DNA from: the human T2T-CHM13v2.0 reference genome, Homo sapiens
Strand: one strand, 5' to 3'
DNA length: 64,000 bases
Assembly: GCF_009914755.1 (NCBI RefSeq)
Contig: NC_060927.1
Shown here: positions 51,760 through 64,000 of the stretch, one piece after another
Numbering within the stretch: the first letter of the stretch is position 1
Layout of the letters: each line of letters opens with the position of its first letter
Translations under genes and position numbers: made by a program
The notes under the pieces: generated by a model
Database searches by the model: none
The model's input: the letters and a program-made list of their open reading frames with translations, nothing else
Told to the model about the DNA's origin: nothing

Positions 51760-52271
<512 letters not shown>

Positions 52272-52315
52272 TGAGAGAGTTTTTACCCTTGGTGTGTAAT
52301 ACTTAGGTAGGAAAT

Positions 52316-52682
52316 CAAATTAGTCTGTTTTCATACTGTCATAAAGAACTGCCTGAGACTGGGAATTTGTAAACAAAAGAGGTTTAATTGACTCACAGTT
52401 CCACATGGTTGTGGAGGCCTCAGGAAACTTACAATCATGGCAGAAGGGGAAGCAGGCACGACTTACATGGTGGCAGGTAAGAGAGAGATAAGGGGAAACT
52501 GCCATTTATAAAACCATCAGATCTCATGAGAATTCACTCACTATCATGAAAACAGCATGGGGGAAATTGCCCTCATGATTCAATCACCTCCCACCAGGTC
52601 CATCCCTTGATACCTGAGGATTACAATTTGGATTACAATTCAAGATGAGATTTGGGTGGGGACATAGAGCCAAGCCATATCA
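52316..52682 (-). mobile_element. THE1 (C/D) solo LTR in provirus
   Basis: attagtctgttttcatactg...ccatatca; 5-bp TSD gaaat. Confidence 0.88.
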
Positions 52683-53870
52683 GAAATATATTTAGTGATG
52701 GCTAATGGCTGTGATGGGGGAATACTCAGCTCTTTACACATGTGGATCAGAGAAGCATACTTTTAGCTATCTGAAAAGAATGAAAACATCTCCCCCCTCT
52801 ACCCACAGAGGTAAAACTCCCATGGAGGATGGGCTGATTGGCTTTGGGTTGCCCACAAGTTTCAAGCCTTGGGGGTATGTCCTTGCAATGAAATGCATGG
52901 TAAAAGTGTTGCACTGTCTTGTGCCATAGAGTTTCCCTCTTTTAAAGGATCCAGGATCCGGCATGCGAATGGGATGCTTAATTTTGGGGGATATATTTTG
53001 CTCTCCAGCTCTGCCTGTTTGTTAGGCCCTAGAAACTGCATGCTTTCCTTGCCCTATTTCTCAAAGGGCTCCACCCTGATGCCAGTAATCCAATTAAGAA
53101 ACTTTAAAACTGGCTAATGGAAAAACCTTACAACTACTGGATCTTCTTCTGTCTATGTGTTAATATGTGTTATGTATGTGAGGTTTATATAAAATAGCTC
53201 TGATTAATTTTACTGAAAATAATAAATGCTTAAATCAAATGTTTTTGTCAGAAAAATAGAACTTTAACACTTTTTGGTTCATGTGACTATAGTAATCTTT
53301 GGGAAATAAAGACAGTTTTAAAGATTATTGATAAAATAAAAATGTGAAAATTTAGACATCTGGTCTAAATTAAGCAGGTCAGATACTGTGTTCACTAAAC
53401 TACTTAAACTGCTTTTTTGACTTTTGATAGTTGTGCGACTTACCTGCTTTGGAGCCATTTGGTTCTAGGTAAGGCCTGGAGAAATGTGGAGTTAGCTATG
53501 CACCCTGGCTATACTGGAAATAGTTAGACCTTACCTGTACTTCTGTCTGGCATCCTGGACTCCACATCTGGTACATAATTAAAATCACCTACTTACCAGG
53601 TTTTTCATCAAAAATAAAAGCTTTTAAGAGTTAACACTATAATACATGTAATTGAGAGTACCGGAGAAACAGTTTTACGTGCAAGGTGTGTAAAGAAAGT
53701 AGAATGTGTCTTTGGTAAAAAAAAAATTATAAGAAAGCATAAGAATGTGCATTTTTTTCCTGCCTAGTTTATAGGGTTAAATGATTGTTTTAGGTTAGAT
53801 AGAATAAAGCTGAAATTTTGAGCAAGTTGTAGAAGGTTCGTGAAAGATTAATCTTGTAAAAGAAATCCCT

Positions 53871-54007
53871 GGCTGGGCACAGTGGCTCACACCTGTAATC
53901 CCAACATTTTGGGAGGCTGAAGTGGGATGATTGCTTGAGCCCTGGAGTTTGAAACCAGCCTGGCAACATAGCAAGACTCTCATCTCTATTAAAAAAAAAA
54001 AAAAAAA
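53871..54007 (+). mobile_element. FLAM_C/AluJ-type monomer in provirus
   Basis: Left monomer with gggatgattgcttgagccc and an A tail. Confidence 0.8.
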
Positions 54008-54178
54008 GAGGAAGAAGAAGTAGAAGAAATTCTGTGTGTGAACATATTGCCTAGAGTTTAAGGGATATTCAGTTTTTCTGTAAATTGAATATTGGAATAA
54101 AAGCACAACAGGGTTTTCGTTGGAGCATTAATCTGCTCATTAACAAAAAAATTTGAAGGATTATAAAAGGTTTGTGTT

Positions 54179-54509
<331 letters not shown>

Positions 54510-54762
54510 TCAAACTATTTAAAATTGAATAGATTTGCCTATAAGGCTTTATTAAGAATTGGGTTTGACATTAATAGTACACTAATGCAAAGGTGAAATT
54601 TGGCTTTCTCTCTTGAACAATATTTTCATGTAATGTTGAGAGATAATACAAAATTTGTGTTTGCCTTTTGAATAAACTACAGGAAAATGAAGGGAGAGAA
54701 AAGAGACAAATTGTTTGGAAAGCTAAGGCTTCCTTCTATCAATGAGTAAAGGGTTTTGCCTT

Positions 54763-55076
54763 TGTTTTTGTTTGTTTTTTTTTTTTTTTTTTTTTTTGAG
54801 ATGGAGACGCTCTGTCGCCCAGGCTGGAGTGCAGTGGCGCAGTCTCGGCTCACTGCAAGCTCCGCCTCCTGGGTTCACGCCATTCTCCTGCCTCAGCCTC
54901 CTGAGTAGCTGGGACTACAGGCTCCTGCCACCACGCCTGGCTGATTTTTTGTATTTTTAGTGGAGACTGGGTTTCACTGTGTTGGCCAAGATGGATTAGA
55001 TCTCCTGACCTTGTGATCCGCCCGCCTCAGCCTCCCAAACTGCTGGGATTACAGGTGTGAGCCACCGTGCCTAGCC
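54763..55076 (-). mobile_element. AluY
   Basis: gcaagctccgcctcc and ttcacgccattc; TSD agggttttgccttt. Confidence 0.93.
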
Positions 55077-55938
55077 AGGGTTTTGCCTTTAAAAAATCTT
55101 TGAGTTATTATTTTGTCTAAATAAATGACTTGAGATTCTATTTTTTAATGTCAAGTGTTTTAAACCTTTGATATTTAACAAACATCCCAAAATCAAATTC
55201 TAAATATAGTCATTTTGTGACCTGATTAATCCTTCTAGATATTAGTTCCCAAAAGTCCAAAAATGATGTATTTTGCTTATTTGATATATTAAGGTCACAC
55301 AGAAAGCATAGTCAAATATAAAATAATATTTGTCTTTCTTTGGGCTGTATTTGTATAAATGTATTATTGGTATGTGTTCCAAAATTATGCAAAACTCCTA
55401 TAATTCTAATATGATTTAGTGTACATTATCAGTAATAAAATAATAATTGTTATGCTAAATTATTGTGTGCCACAGAAGTAACCAAATTTTTTCATCAATT
55501 GTGTCTTTGACTGTGGCTGCCCTAAGACTCTTAGTCATCCGTAGACAATTGTCTTGTTTTAATCCTTTTCAAAAGGCAGTTTATCATCAGCTGTAGGACT
55601 CTGATGAGTACTCTTAAATGCAGGTCTCTGATAAGTATGAAAAATGTGCCATTAAAATATAGAGAAAAAAACCTTCCAAGACTCTCTTGGAAAATGAATG
55701 TATTCATAAATATCAAGCAAAACAGGAATTAATTGCATAGACTGAACTAATAAAAGACAAAATTATCTTTTTATGACTTTTTGTTTAAAACATTGCTGAT
55801 TCTGTTTTGTTTTTCAGAGTCAAGAAAAATTTTCTTTTGATCTATTTATAGCTTTTGACAATTGAGTAAAGTATAATCCAATTAAGAGCATATTTCTTTC
55901 TCTCTACCCAATTCCTCCAAAATTTATGAGTATTCATT

Positions 55939-56526
55939 TGTAAACCAAAAAGTATCTGAGGCAAGTCTCAATCAACTTAGAAGTTCATTTTGCCAAGGTT
56001 AAGGACATGCCCATGTACGGCCTTTGGTGCTCAAGGTGGTCAGGCTACAACTTGGTTTTATGCATTTTAGGGAAACGTAAGACATCAATCAATACAAGTA
56101 AGATGTACATTGGTTTGCTTCAGAAGGGCAGGACAACCAGAAGCAGGAGTTTCCAGGTAATAGGCAGATTTAAATATTTCCGAATTGGCAGTTGGTTGAG
56201 TTACTGTCTAAAGACCTGGAATCAATAGAAAGGAATGTCTGAGTTACAATAAGGGGTTGTGGAGACAAAGGTTTTATCATGTGGACGAAACCTCCAGGTA
56301 GCATGCTTCAGAGAGAATAGATTGTAAATGTTTCCTATTAGACTTAATTAGTCTCTTCTACGAGTCTTAAGGTCTATGTTGATATTAATGATAATGAGGC
56401 AAGTCTGACTCCCACTTCCCATCATGGCGTGAACTAGTTTTTCAGGTTAACATTGGAATGCCCTTGGCTGAGAGGAGGGGTCAGTTCAGATGGTTGAGGG
56501 ACTTATCATTTTATTTTTGGTTTACA
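55939..56526 (-). mobile_element. MER4A-like solo LTR nested in provirus
   Basis: tgtaaaccaaaaagtatctgagg...ttttatttttggtttaca (inverted tgtaaaccaaaa termini). Confidence 0.85.
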
Positions 56527-57680
56527 CTTAACTTATGGCAATACAGTTATTTGCATAAGTGCAATAAGAATCTGTTTTCTTTTATAAGAGGACACAATTG
56601 GAGACACTGGTTAGTTTACCAAGGCTTTGACTAGAAGGCCATGCCTTCAAATATGAACAGACTGCTATAAGGATTCAAAGTTGACTTATAGGGCCAATAA
56701 AAGACTCTGGGGAAAAACTGGCCTCATATCTTGTCTATACAGTCCCTGTACAGGGTTCCTGACCTGTGGTAAGTAAAGAATGTCACTTTCTTACTGGCCC
56801 AGGAGCCCCAAGTTATCTTGGGACCTCAAGAAGAGAGAAATTGACCTAACCCATACGGGTATTTTCAAGCACAAATCCATGGCTAGACTCAAGGTTTTGA
56901 AAGGTCTATCTGAGATTTTGTATGAAACAAAGTTTCATCAAAGGCAATTTAAAAAGGAGCCTATATGGCAAATAATTATTCTTGTTGCACTTTATGAAAA
57001 TAATCAGGTCAAGTATAATATGACTAAAGGTTATTTTGCAAACAAATCAGTCCTACCTTGATTTGTTTTTAATAAAAATGATGACTGGAAAGAGATAAAT
57101 TATGTTTCAAAAACTGTGGTACACCTGTTGTTAAATTCTAGTCTTGTCCATTGTTTTTGTGTATTTTTCTGAAATGTAGACTGACCCTGCTTATTCCTGT
57201 GATCTCTGCCAGCTGCGTAGAAGAAACGAGGGATGGGTAATGTAAAAATCTGTATCAGTATTCTAACTCTGAGCATATATTGAAATTGGCTAGCAACCCC
57301 ATATCAGCTTGGTGCCCAATTCATGGAAAGCCTTCTCATTTAGTTTACTTGGGATACTTATTTTATTTACTGTTGTTGAGTATATTGCTGTCGTACTCTT
57401 TAAGTAAGAATGCAAGATAAGCTTACTCAACATTTTCTATAATTGAACACTTATTGTCTTCCAGATATTTCCTTTTGTCAGGACCCAGAGTTATGAATGG
57501 CCATCACTATACTGATGCTTCCTGACTGAGCTCCTTTCTACCCTAAATACAAGAGAACCTAAGAGTTAGGCAGGAATATTATCACCTCTACACAGCCCAA
57601 AGAAGCTATAGAAAAATGAATTTTTGTCCTTCTGCAACTCTTAGGATTAAGTATCCCCTTGGAAAAGGGAGGGGAGAATA

Positions 57681-58246
57681 TGTCAGTGGTGTTTAATCCA
57701 GAGCAACCCCTTCTTGAATAGGGGATGGGTAAAATATGGCTGAGACCTGCTGGACTGCCTTTCTATGAGGTTAGGCATTCTTAGTCAAAGGATATTTGTG
57801 GTTAAGGGAACAGATTAATAATGTTTACTGAACAGACCCAGGACTTAACAGACCCAGGAAATGTCCTGATGTTACAATATCTTAAGAACAAAAGCATTCT
57901 TAGTTTAAGAATAAGTTTTGCTTTAAAATAATAATATACATTCTTGTGGAAGACAGTAGTTACACAAAGATTAACCATTCTTTGTCACAAGCCCTTGTAG
58001 TAGAGTATATCTCATCATTTTTTGTTTTATTATCTTGTAAACAAGCATTGTACCTAAAGTGGACATGTTCTTCCTCTTGCTTTCAGGACTGCCCCGCTCT
58101 ATCTATGGAGTAGCTATACTTCTATTCCTTTACTTTCTTAATAAACTTGCTTATACTTTACTCTGTGGACTCACCCTGAATTCTTTCTTGCGTGAGAGCC
58201 AAGAACCTTCTTTCGGGGTCTGGATCAGGACCCCTTTCTGGAAACA
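57681..58246 (+). mobile_element. MER41 3' LTR
   Basis: TG...CA termini; preceded by the PPT ggaaaagggaggggagaa. Confidence 0.9.
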
Positions 58247-58469
58247 AAATGAGTAGTACTTTTTTTTTTTTTACAGCTTTATTGAAGTATAATTGATATA
58301 AAATAAAAAACTGTGCATGTTTAGTATGTACAATTTGGTGAGTCTGACATTTGCATGTGCATGTGGTTTTGGAGAGGGATGAAAATGGGTGGTAGGGCAA
58401 AGGTTTCTATTCACCCAGCTCACTTTATTTATTTTTCTTACCCTCCTAGATACTGTAGATATTTCAGTT

Positions 58470-58882
58470 TGTGGTCCCTGCTGTTGAGCAATCTGAGCTC
58501 TGTGAGATATGCAGATAATGTCTCCAGAGAGCCATTAGCATGGGTCTTCAGCCATGCCTCCCCATCCATGCCACGAGGGAATTGTTTAAAGTCATTTTGT
58601 TCCTGATTAGCTGCCTCACTCATTATCTTCCTGTTCCTGGAATTTGTGACACAAAGAACAATGTATAGCCAATCAGTAGCTAATACTATTTTAATGTAAA
58701 TTCTTAATAAACAACTTAGGAACTGCCTCTTCTTTTTCTTTAAAAACCTACTTTTTATCTGTTGCTACTCTGAGTGTATATTCAGGGCAACTTGAATCTA
58801 TGTTGCTAGTTGCAATCCTCAAGCTTGTCCAAAATAAACTCTCTATATTAGTTTGGTCTCAGCTTCTTCCTCTTAGATGGAC
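58470..58882 (+). mobile_element. ERV1-class solo LTR (same family as 43433-43858)
   Basis: Shared sequence blocks with that LTR; AATAAA at ~58832. Confidence 0.65.
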
Positions 58883-59094
58883 ACTGTACACCCAAGTCAA
58901 ATCCATTTTCCTCAAAGTCCCTTGGAACCCTACTTGGGTTACCATCCTAGCTGTAGCTCTGACCCAGCAATTCCCTTAAATTAACCTTGGCACTGGCACA
59001 GTGCTCAGGACCTTTTCCATAAGGGGCTTGCTCCTCTGACTCACCCCTCCTCATCAATTCTTTTCTCCAGGGAAATCTTCCTAAGAACTGGCTG

Positions 59095-60190
59095 CATTAT
59101 AGAACCAGACTGGAATCCACTCATCTGGCACAGTAAAACCAGATATCTACACCAAGGTTTTTGCAGCAGTAGAAAGAAAGGCATTTATTTGCAGGGTGCC
59201 AAGCAAGGAGGACCAGGAAGCTAAATGCTCAAATCCTGACCTCCTTGATGACTTGCAAGCAAGAGTTTTTAAAGGTAGGAGTAAATCTCAGGATATCAGA
59301 AGCTACATGCAAAATTATACATCAATACAAGAAGGTTTTAGCTTTATAAGGGTAGAATATCTTGGAGTGGGGGCCTGGAGGGTGACTTATAGGTCATAGG
59401 TAGATTCAAAGATTTTCTGATTTGTAATTGGTTAAGGAAGTGAAGCTTTGTTTAAAAATCTGGAGTCAGGGCCGGGCACAGTGGCTCACACCTGTAATCC
59501 CAGCAATTTGGGAGGCTGAGGCAGGCAGATCATGAGGTCATAAAATCGAGACCATCCTGGCCAACATGGTGAAACCCCATCTCTACTAAAATACATTAAA
59601 AAATTTAGCTGGGTGTGATGGCGCACACCTGTAGTCCCAGCTACTTGGGAGGCTGAGGCAGGGGAATAGCTTGAAACTGGGAGGCCGAGGTTGCAGTGAG
59701 TGATATCATGCCACTGCACTACAGCCTGGCAACAGAGCGAGACTCTGTCTCAAAAAAAAAAAGAAAATTGGAGTCAGTAGGAAAAAGTGTTAATTTTCTG
59801 GGAGAGGGGGGTGACTTTCCCAAAGCCCCTTGAGAAGAAATTTAGAACAAAAAATTATGGTCAAAGTTCAGTCTTCAATTCTCCCTTATCTGAAGTCTGC
59901 GTGCCAGAGGATCCATTCAGTGGGGGTCCTCAGTGGGTATCTGACTTTCTAAAAGACAACTCAGACACAAATGTTAAGATGTTATCCTTAGTTTCTATAG
60001 GGAAAGGGAACATCTCAGGAACTCTAACTTTCTTGGCTATTGTTTTAAGCTACTATGACCTTCTTGTTTAACAAGTTATGTATTTACTTCTGAGGCTAGC
60101 TCCATGCCTGGAATTTCTCTCGAAGGAACTCAGAATATTCCTTTATTTCCATGCTTGGAAGTCTGCAGGCTCCTAAAAGGGGACCCCTGC
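59095..60190 (-). mobile_element. ERV1-class LTR (MER31/MER67-like) containing AluSc (plus) 59470-59765
   Basis: tttatttgcagggtgccaagcaaggag motif; Alu TSD aaatctggagtcag / aaattggagtcag. Confidence 0.55.
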
Positions 60191-60843
60191 TCCACCTCAG
60201 CTTCTCTTTGCAATAAGTCCCTTTCTTTTTACCTGCCCCGTAGCTTTTCAGCCTATGCCAGCTGGTGCTGTTCATTCTGTTGCTCCACGCCCCTGAATGA
60301 CGTCTTCTTCTTTGCATTTCCAAAGTCTGCCTGGTCACCTGTAGTTTATTTTACTAAAGAACTGGTACTTGTTGGTCTTGGTTGGGGGCCCTTACTAGAA
60401 GAAAGCATTCAACTACTTATTTGATGCCTGAGGAATCTTTCTGACTATGTAACTACATAAAATATGTACTCTAGAGCCAGCCTCTCCTGGGTACTGGCAT
60501 AGTAGGAGTACCCAACTTTACACCTTGAGATCAAACTCTGGGGAGGCAAGTGCTCTGGAGAGCAACATATGGAAATAGAAATAATTTATTCCATCAATGC
60601 TTTCTACCCTCTCTGCCAGGCAGTCTATTCCTGTTCTTGAGGTTAGAGAGTGGCATCCCATGGGACAGGCCTCATTTCTTATGGCTAAGAGCAAGAACAT
60701 GGAGCCTGGATTAGAACTCTCATTGAATGGAGAATTAACCACGTACTAGTGTGTAACCTTGAGCCATCATACCTTTCTTTGTCTCTACATCTTCATCTGA
60801 AAAACGGGGCAATTCACCTGAAAAATGGAGTAATCATAGTGCC

Positions 60844-61215
60844 TGTATTAGTCTATTCTCGCATTGCTATAAAGACTAGGTAATTTAGAAAGAAAAGAAG
60901 TTTAATCAGCCCACAATTCTGCAGCCTGTACAGGCTTCTGCTTCTGGGAAGGCCTCAGGAAACTTATAATCATGGCAGAGGGTGAAAGGGAGGCAGGCAT
61001 AGTCTTCACATGGACAGAGCAGGGGGAAGAGAGAGAAAATGTGGAGATGCTACACACTTTCAAACAACCAGATCTCGTGAGAACTCAATCATGAGAACAG
61101 CATGGGAGAAGTCCACCTCCATGATTCAGTCACCTCACACTAGGACCCTCCTCCAACACTGGGAATTACAATTTGACATCAGATTTGGGTGTGGACACAG
61201 AGCCAAACCATATCA
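60844..61215 (-). mobile_element. MSTA/THE1D solo LTR inserted in a MIR
   Basis: tgtattagtctattctc...ccatatca; TSD gtgcc at 60839-60843 and 61216-61220. Confidence 0.88.
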
Positions 61216-61759
61216 GTGCCTTTTTCATAGATATGTCAGGATTAAATATAAAGCTCTTAGCACAGAGGCTGACACATATTAAGTATCAAAAAGTGTGAAA
61301 AATAGCACTTGTTTTTTCCCCAAGAGCCTCTAAGCCTATCACTGAAAAATTATATTCTATCTCAGGAGTCTGTGAAAAACAAAATATCGTTCTCAAAAAA
61401 TTGCTTGTGAAGAAGACTCTCCACTTAAAACTGTGGCCCTATGCTGTCCTGCTTTCCACTAACAACCTGAGTACATACTTCCAGCTATATCTAGCCAAAA
61501 ATCAATTAGAACTAGTGCTAGAGCTCCATTAAACCTACAATATGCAATTCCAATCTAAAGGCCACTGCTTTGTTTTACTTCCACATGTAAGGTACAGATA
61601 TTCTTAAGAACCTTCTTTCAATGAAAGAATAAGATTTCAGTGACCATGACATTTTCATTCCTTTAAAAAAAAGCTTGGCACAACAAATAAGAATATTTTA
61701 TTGAACCTAATGATAATTTTTCTGAATTTGTATTTATTTATTTGCAATTACACATGTAA

Positions 61760-61945
<186 letters not shown>

Positions 61946-61963
61946 TAAATAAAATGAAAATGG

Positions 61964-62367
61964 TGTTAACCAAAAAAGTGACTGAGGAAGAAGTCTCAAT
62001 CAATAGAGGTTTATTGACCCCAAAGTTTGAGGATGTGCCCAGGAAAAACACAGTCACAGAGGCATCTGTGACCTATGCTTTCCAAAGAGGGTTTTGGGAA
62101 CTCAGTATTTAAAGGAGAAAGAGAAAGAAGGAAGAAAATGTTGGGGGTAAACAGTGAGGCAGATGGTTACATTCCTGGAGGCTCTAATTACTGCTCTATA
62201 AGTCTACATCTTACACAAGGCAAGGTAAACATGTGAAAAGAGGAGAGGAAAAAGTCAATTATCTCATCTCAGGGCAAGAGAGGAATACTTTCTTGTCTTG
62301 TCCTTGTGCTGTATCTGTGAAGATAAGCCTGTAATCGACATTGTCAGTGAGAAATTTAACACAACTT
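61964..62367 (-). mobile_element. Truncated MER4-group LTR
   Basis: tgttaaccaaaaaagtgactgagg...gtctcaatcaatagaggtttatt; ends abruptly at an Alu head. Confidence 0.65.
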
Positions 62368-62961
62368 GGCTGGGCACGGTGGCTTCAAGCTACTCTTTCT
62401 CAAGTGGAGCTAATAGTTACCTCAAATGGCTAATCTTTCTCAAGTGAAGCTTGAGAAAGTATTTGCTTTCCAAATTACATACTTCACCTAGTCTGTTTTG
62501 CTTACATTAAATTTAGTAGCTAACCTCTTTGTGTTCACTCACAAAATACTTTGAACTTCACGTGACATATGACTATCATATCTTCAGTCTACTGGAGAGT
62601 CTAAATTTGCATCTGAAAAAGTAGCAAAATAGCTCTAAGCAAACATTTCTTCCTTAAAACTCAAGATTCCGTTTTATTTTGTTTTTGTTACATCTCACCT
62701 TCTAGACAGCAATTTTATGCCTCACAGTCTTGATTTCATCAAGACATATTGTTGGAGATGGAGTGGAAAGTACTCCTATTTGTTACTCATTCTTCTAGTC
62801 TTGAACTAGTTTTTCTTACTTCTGACTCTTTATAGGCAGATATCATGTGTACAATATAGTAATGAAAATAGAAATCTGGATTTCAACCTGCTTTGTCTCT
62901 TTGACTCCCTCTTTTCTAGGAACTGATCCTTTTCTCCACTTGTCCTCTTTCCTGTGTCTTA

Positions 62962-63318
62962 CTCTACAATGGACTGAGTGTTCATGTCCCCCAACCCTTT
63001 AAATTCATATGTTGAAATCCTAACCCCTAATGTGATGGTGTTAGGAGGTGGGCCCTTTGAAAGGTAATAAGGTCATGAGAGTCGAGTCCTCATAAGTGAG
63101 ATTAGTGCCCTTATAAAAAAAAAACCCAGAGAGCTCTCTTACCCTCTTTCCACCATGAAGTAACCAGTCTACAAACTGGAAGAGGACCCTCACCAGGATC
63201 TGACCATGGTGGCACCCTGATATCAAACTTCCAGCCTCCACAACTGTGAAAATAAATTTTTGTTGTTTATAATCCACTCAGTCTATGGTGCTTTGTTATG
63301 GTAGCCCAAACTAAGGTA
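62962..63318 (+). mobile_element. MLT1A/MLT1A0 LTR
   Basis: aattcatatgttgaaatcctaacccc...aataaattttgttgtttataa...gtagcccaaactaag. Confidence 0.82.
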
Positions 63319-63324
63319 TTCCCT

Positions 63325-63795
63325 TATGCTTGACCTCATGACATGACTTTATCACAGTGGAAATACCCCTGATTTAACCAGTTTACCCTACTTCTTGGCC
63401 ACAGTGATACGCTCAGGGAACCTGAATCAAAGGCAGGACAACTAGCATCCCTCTGCAGACAGTTGGAATTTAGACCAAGAAATTCTAGGCTTATTCTTTC
63501 TGGTTTTGAAACAGAGGAGATAGAAACTCAGAAGATACAGTAAATATTTTCCAGCTTGTGAAAAGTAGGCCAACACTACTTTTGGGTTGACAGGAGAAAA
63601 AAGTCAATTCAGAGAGAGGAACAGAATTGAAAGCTGGGGCAGAAAGACTTCCTTGCCTAGCTGTACCCTGCTCTTGGACCATTTGAATCACCTCTGTTTC
63701 CTTATGATTACTTATCTTTTTTGTTTGTTTGCTTGTTTTAGCTAGTTAGAGATAGTTTCTATTACTCATAACACCATAAAAATGTTAACTAATAT
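63325..63795 (+). mobile_element. Old MaLR/ERVL LTR remnant
   Basis: Degenerate 3' end (agctagttagagatagtttctattact...aactaatat). Confidence 0.45.
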
Positions 63796-64000
63796 GATAT
63801 TTTCAGCAATAAATTTTGGGGTGAATTTCTCCTTCTTTAATTGTTTTGTTAGGCATTTGTTATAATGGTCAAGAAAGGAATTTCCTCAGGGAATTTTTCT
63901 TCTGTTTTTTTTTTCACCCCATGTATAAATTTTAAGTACATGTCTCTTTATTTCTCACTAGAGTCAGTATTATGTATCTTTTTGTAAATGAAATACAAGG

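Overview
Primate, almost certainly human, genomic DNA. Positions ~9.9-14.1 kb hold four small minus-strand exons and a CpG-island promoter. I recognise them from memory of the mRNA as the non-coding 5' leader of B3GALNT1 (globoside/P-antigen synthase, 3q26). The single coding exon would lie left of the window, so the window has no established protein-coding CDS. Positions 1-9.8 kb are intron. Positions 14.3-64 kb are upstream intergenic DNA, mostly transposon-derived: an old ~16-kb L1 with nested L1MA/L1PA7, THE1D, MST, MER21 and Alu insertions; a complete two-LTR MER41 provirus (48519-58246) with its TSD; solo LTRs; DNA transposons; and about 30 Alu/FLAM copies. I see no convincing new multi-gene system. 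The best lead is the leader itself: at both exon 2 and exon 3 the distal of two tandem 3' splice sites is a TAG that is also the in-frame stop of an upstream ORF, so acceptor choice could switch uORF length. Smaller points of interest are micro-retrocopies of U6 and tRNA-Glu with TSDs, a tRNA-Glu relic inside the provirus, an L1 fragment patching a deletion, a twin-primed L1 inversion and several templated repair scars. Repeat subfamily names come from recalled consensus sequences, and repeat boundaries are approximate unless a TSD is quoted.
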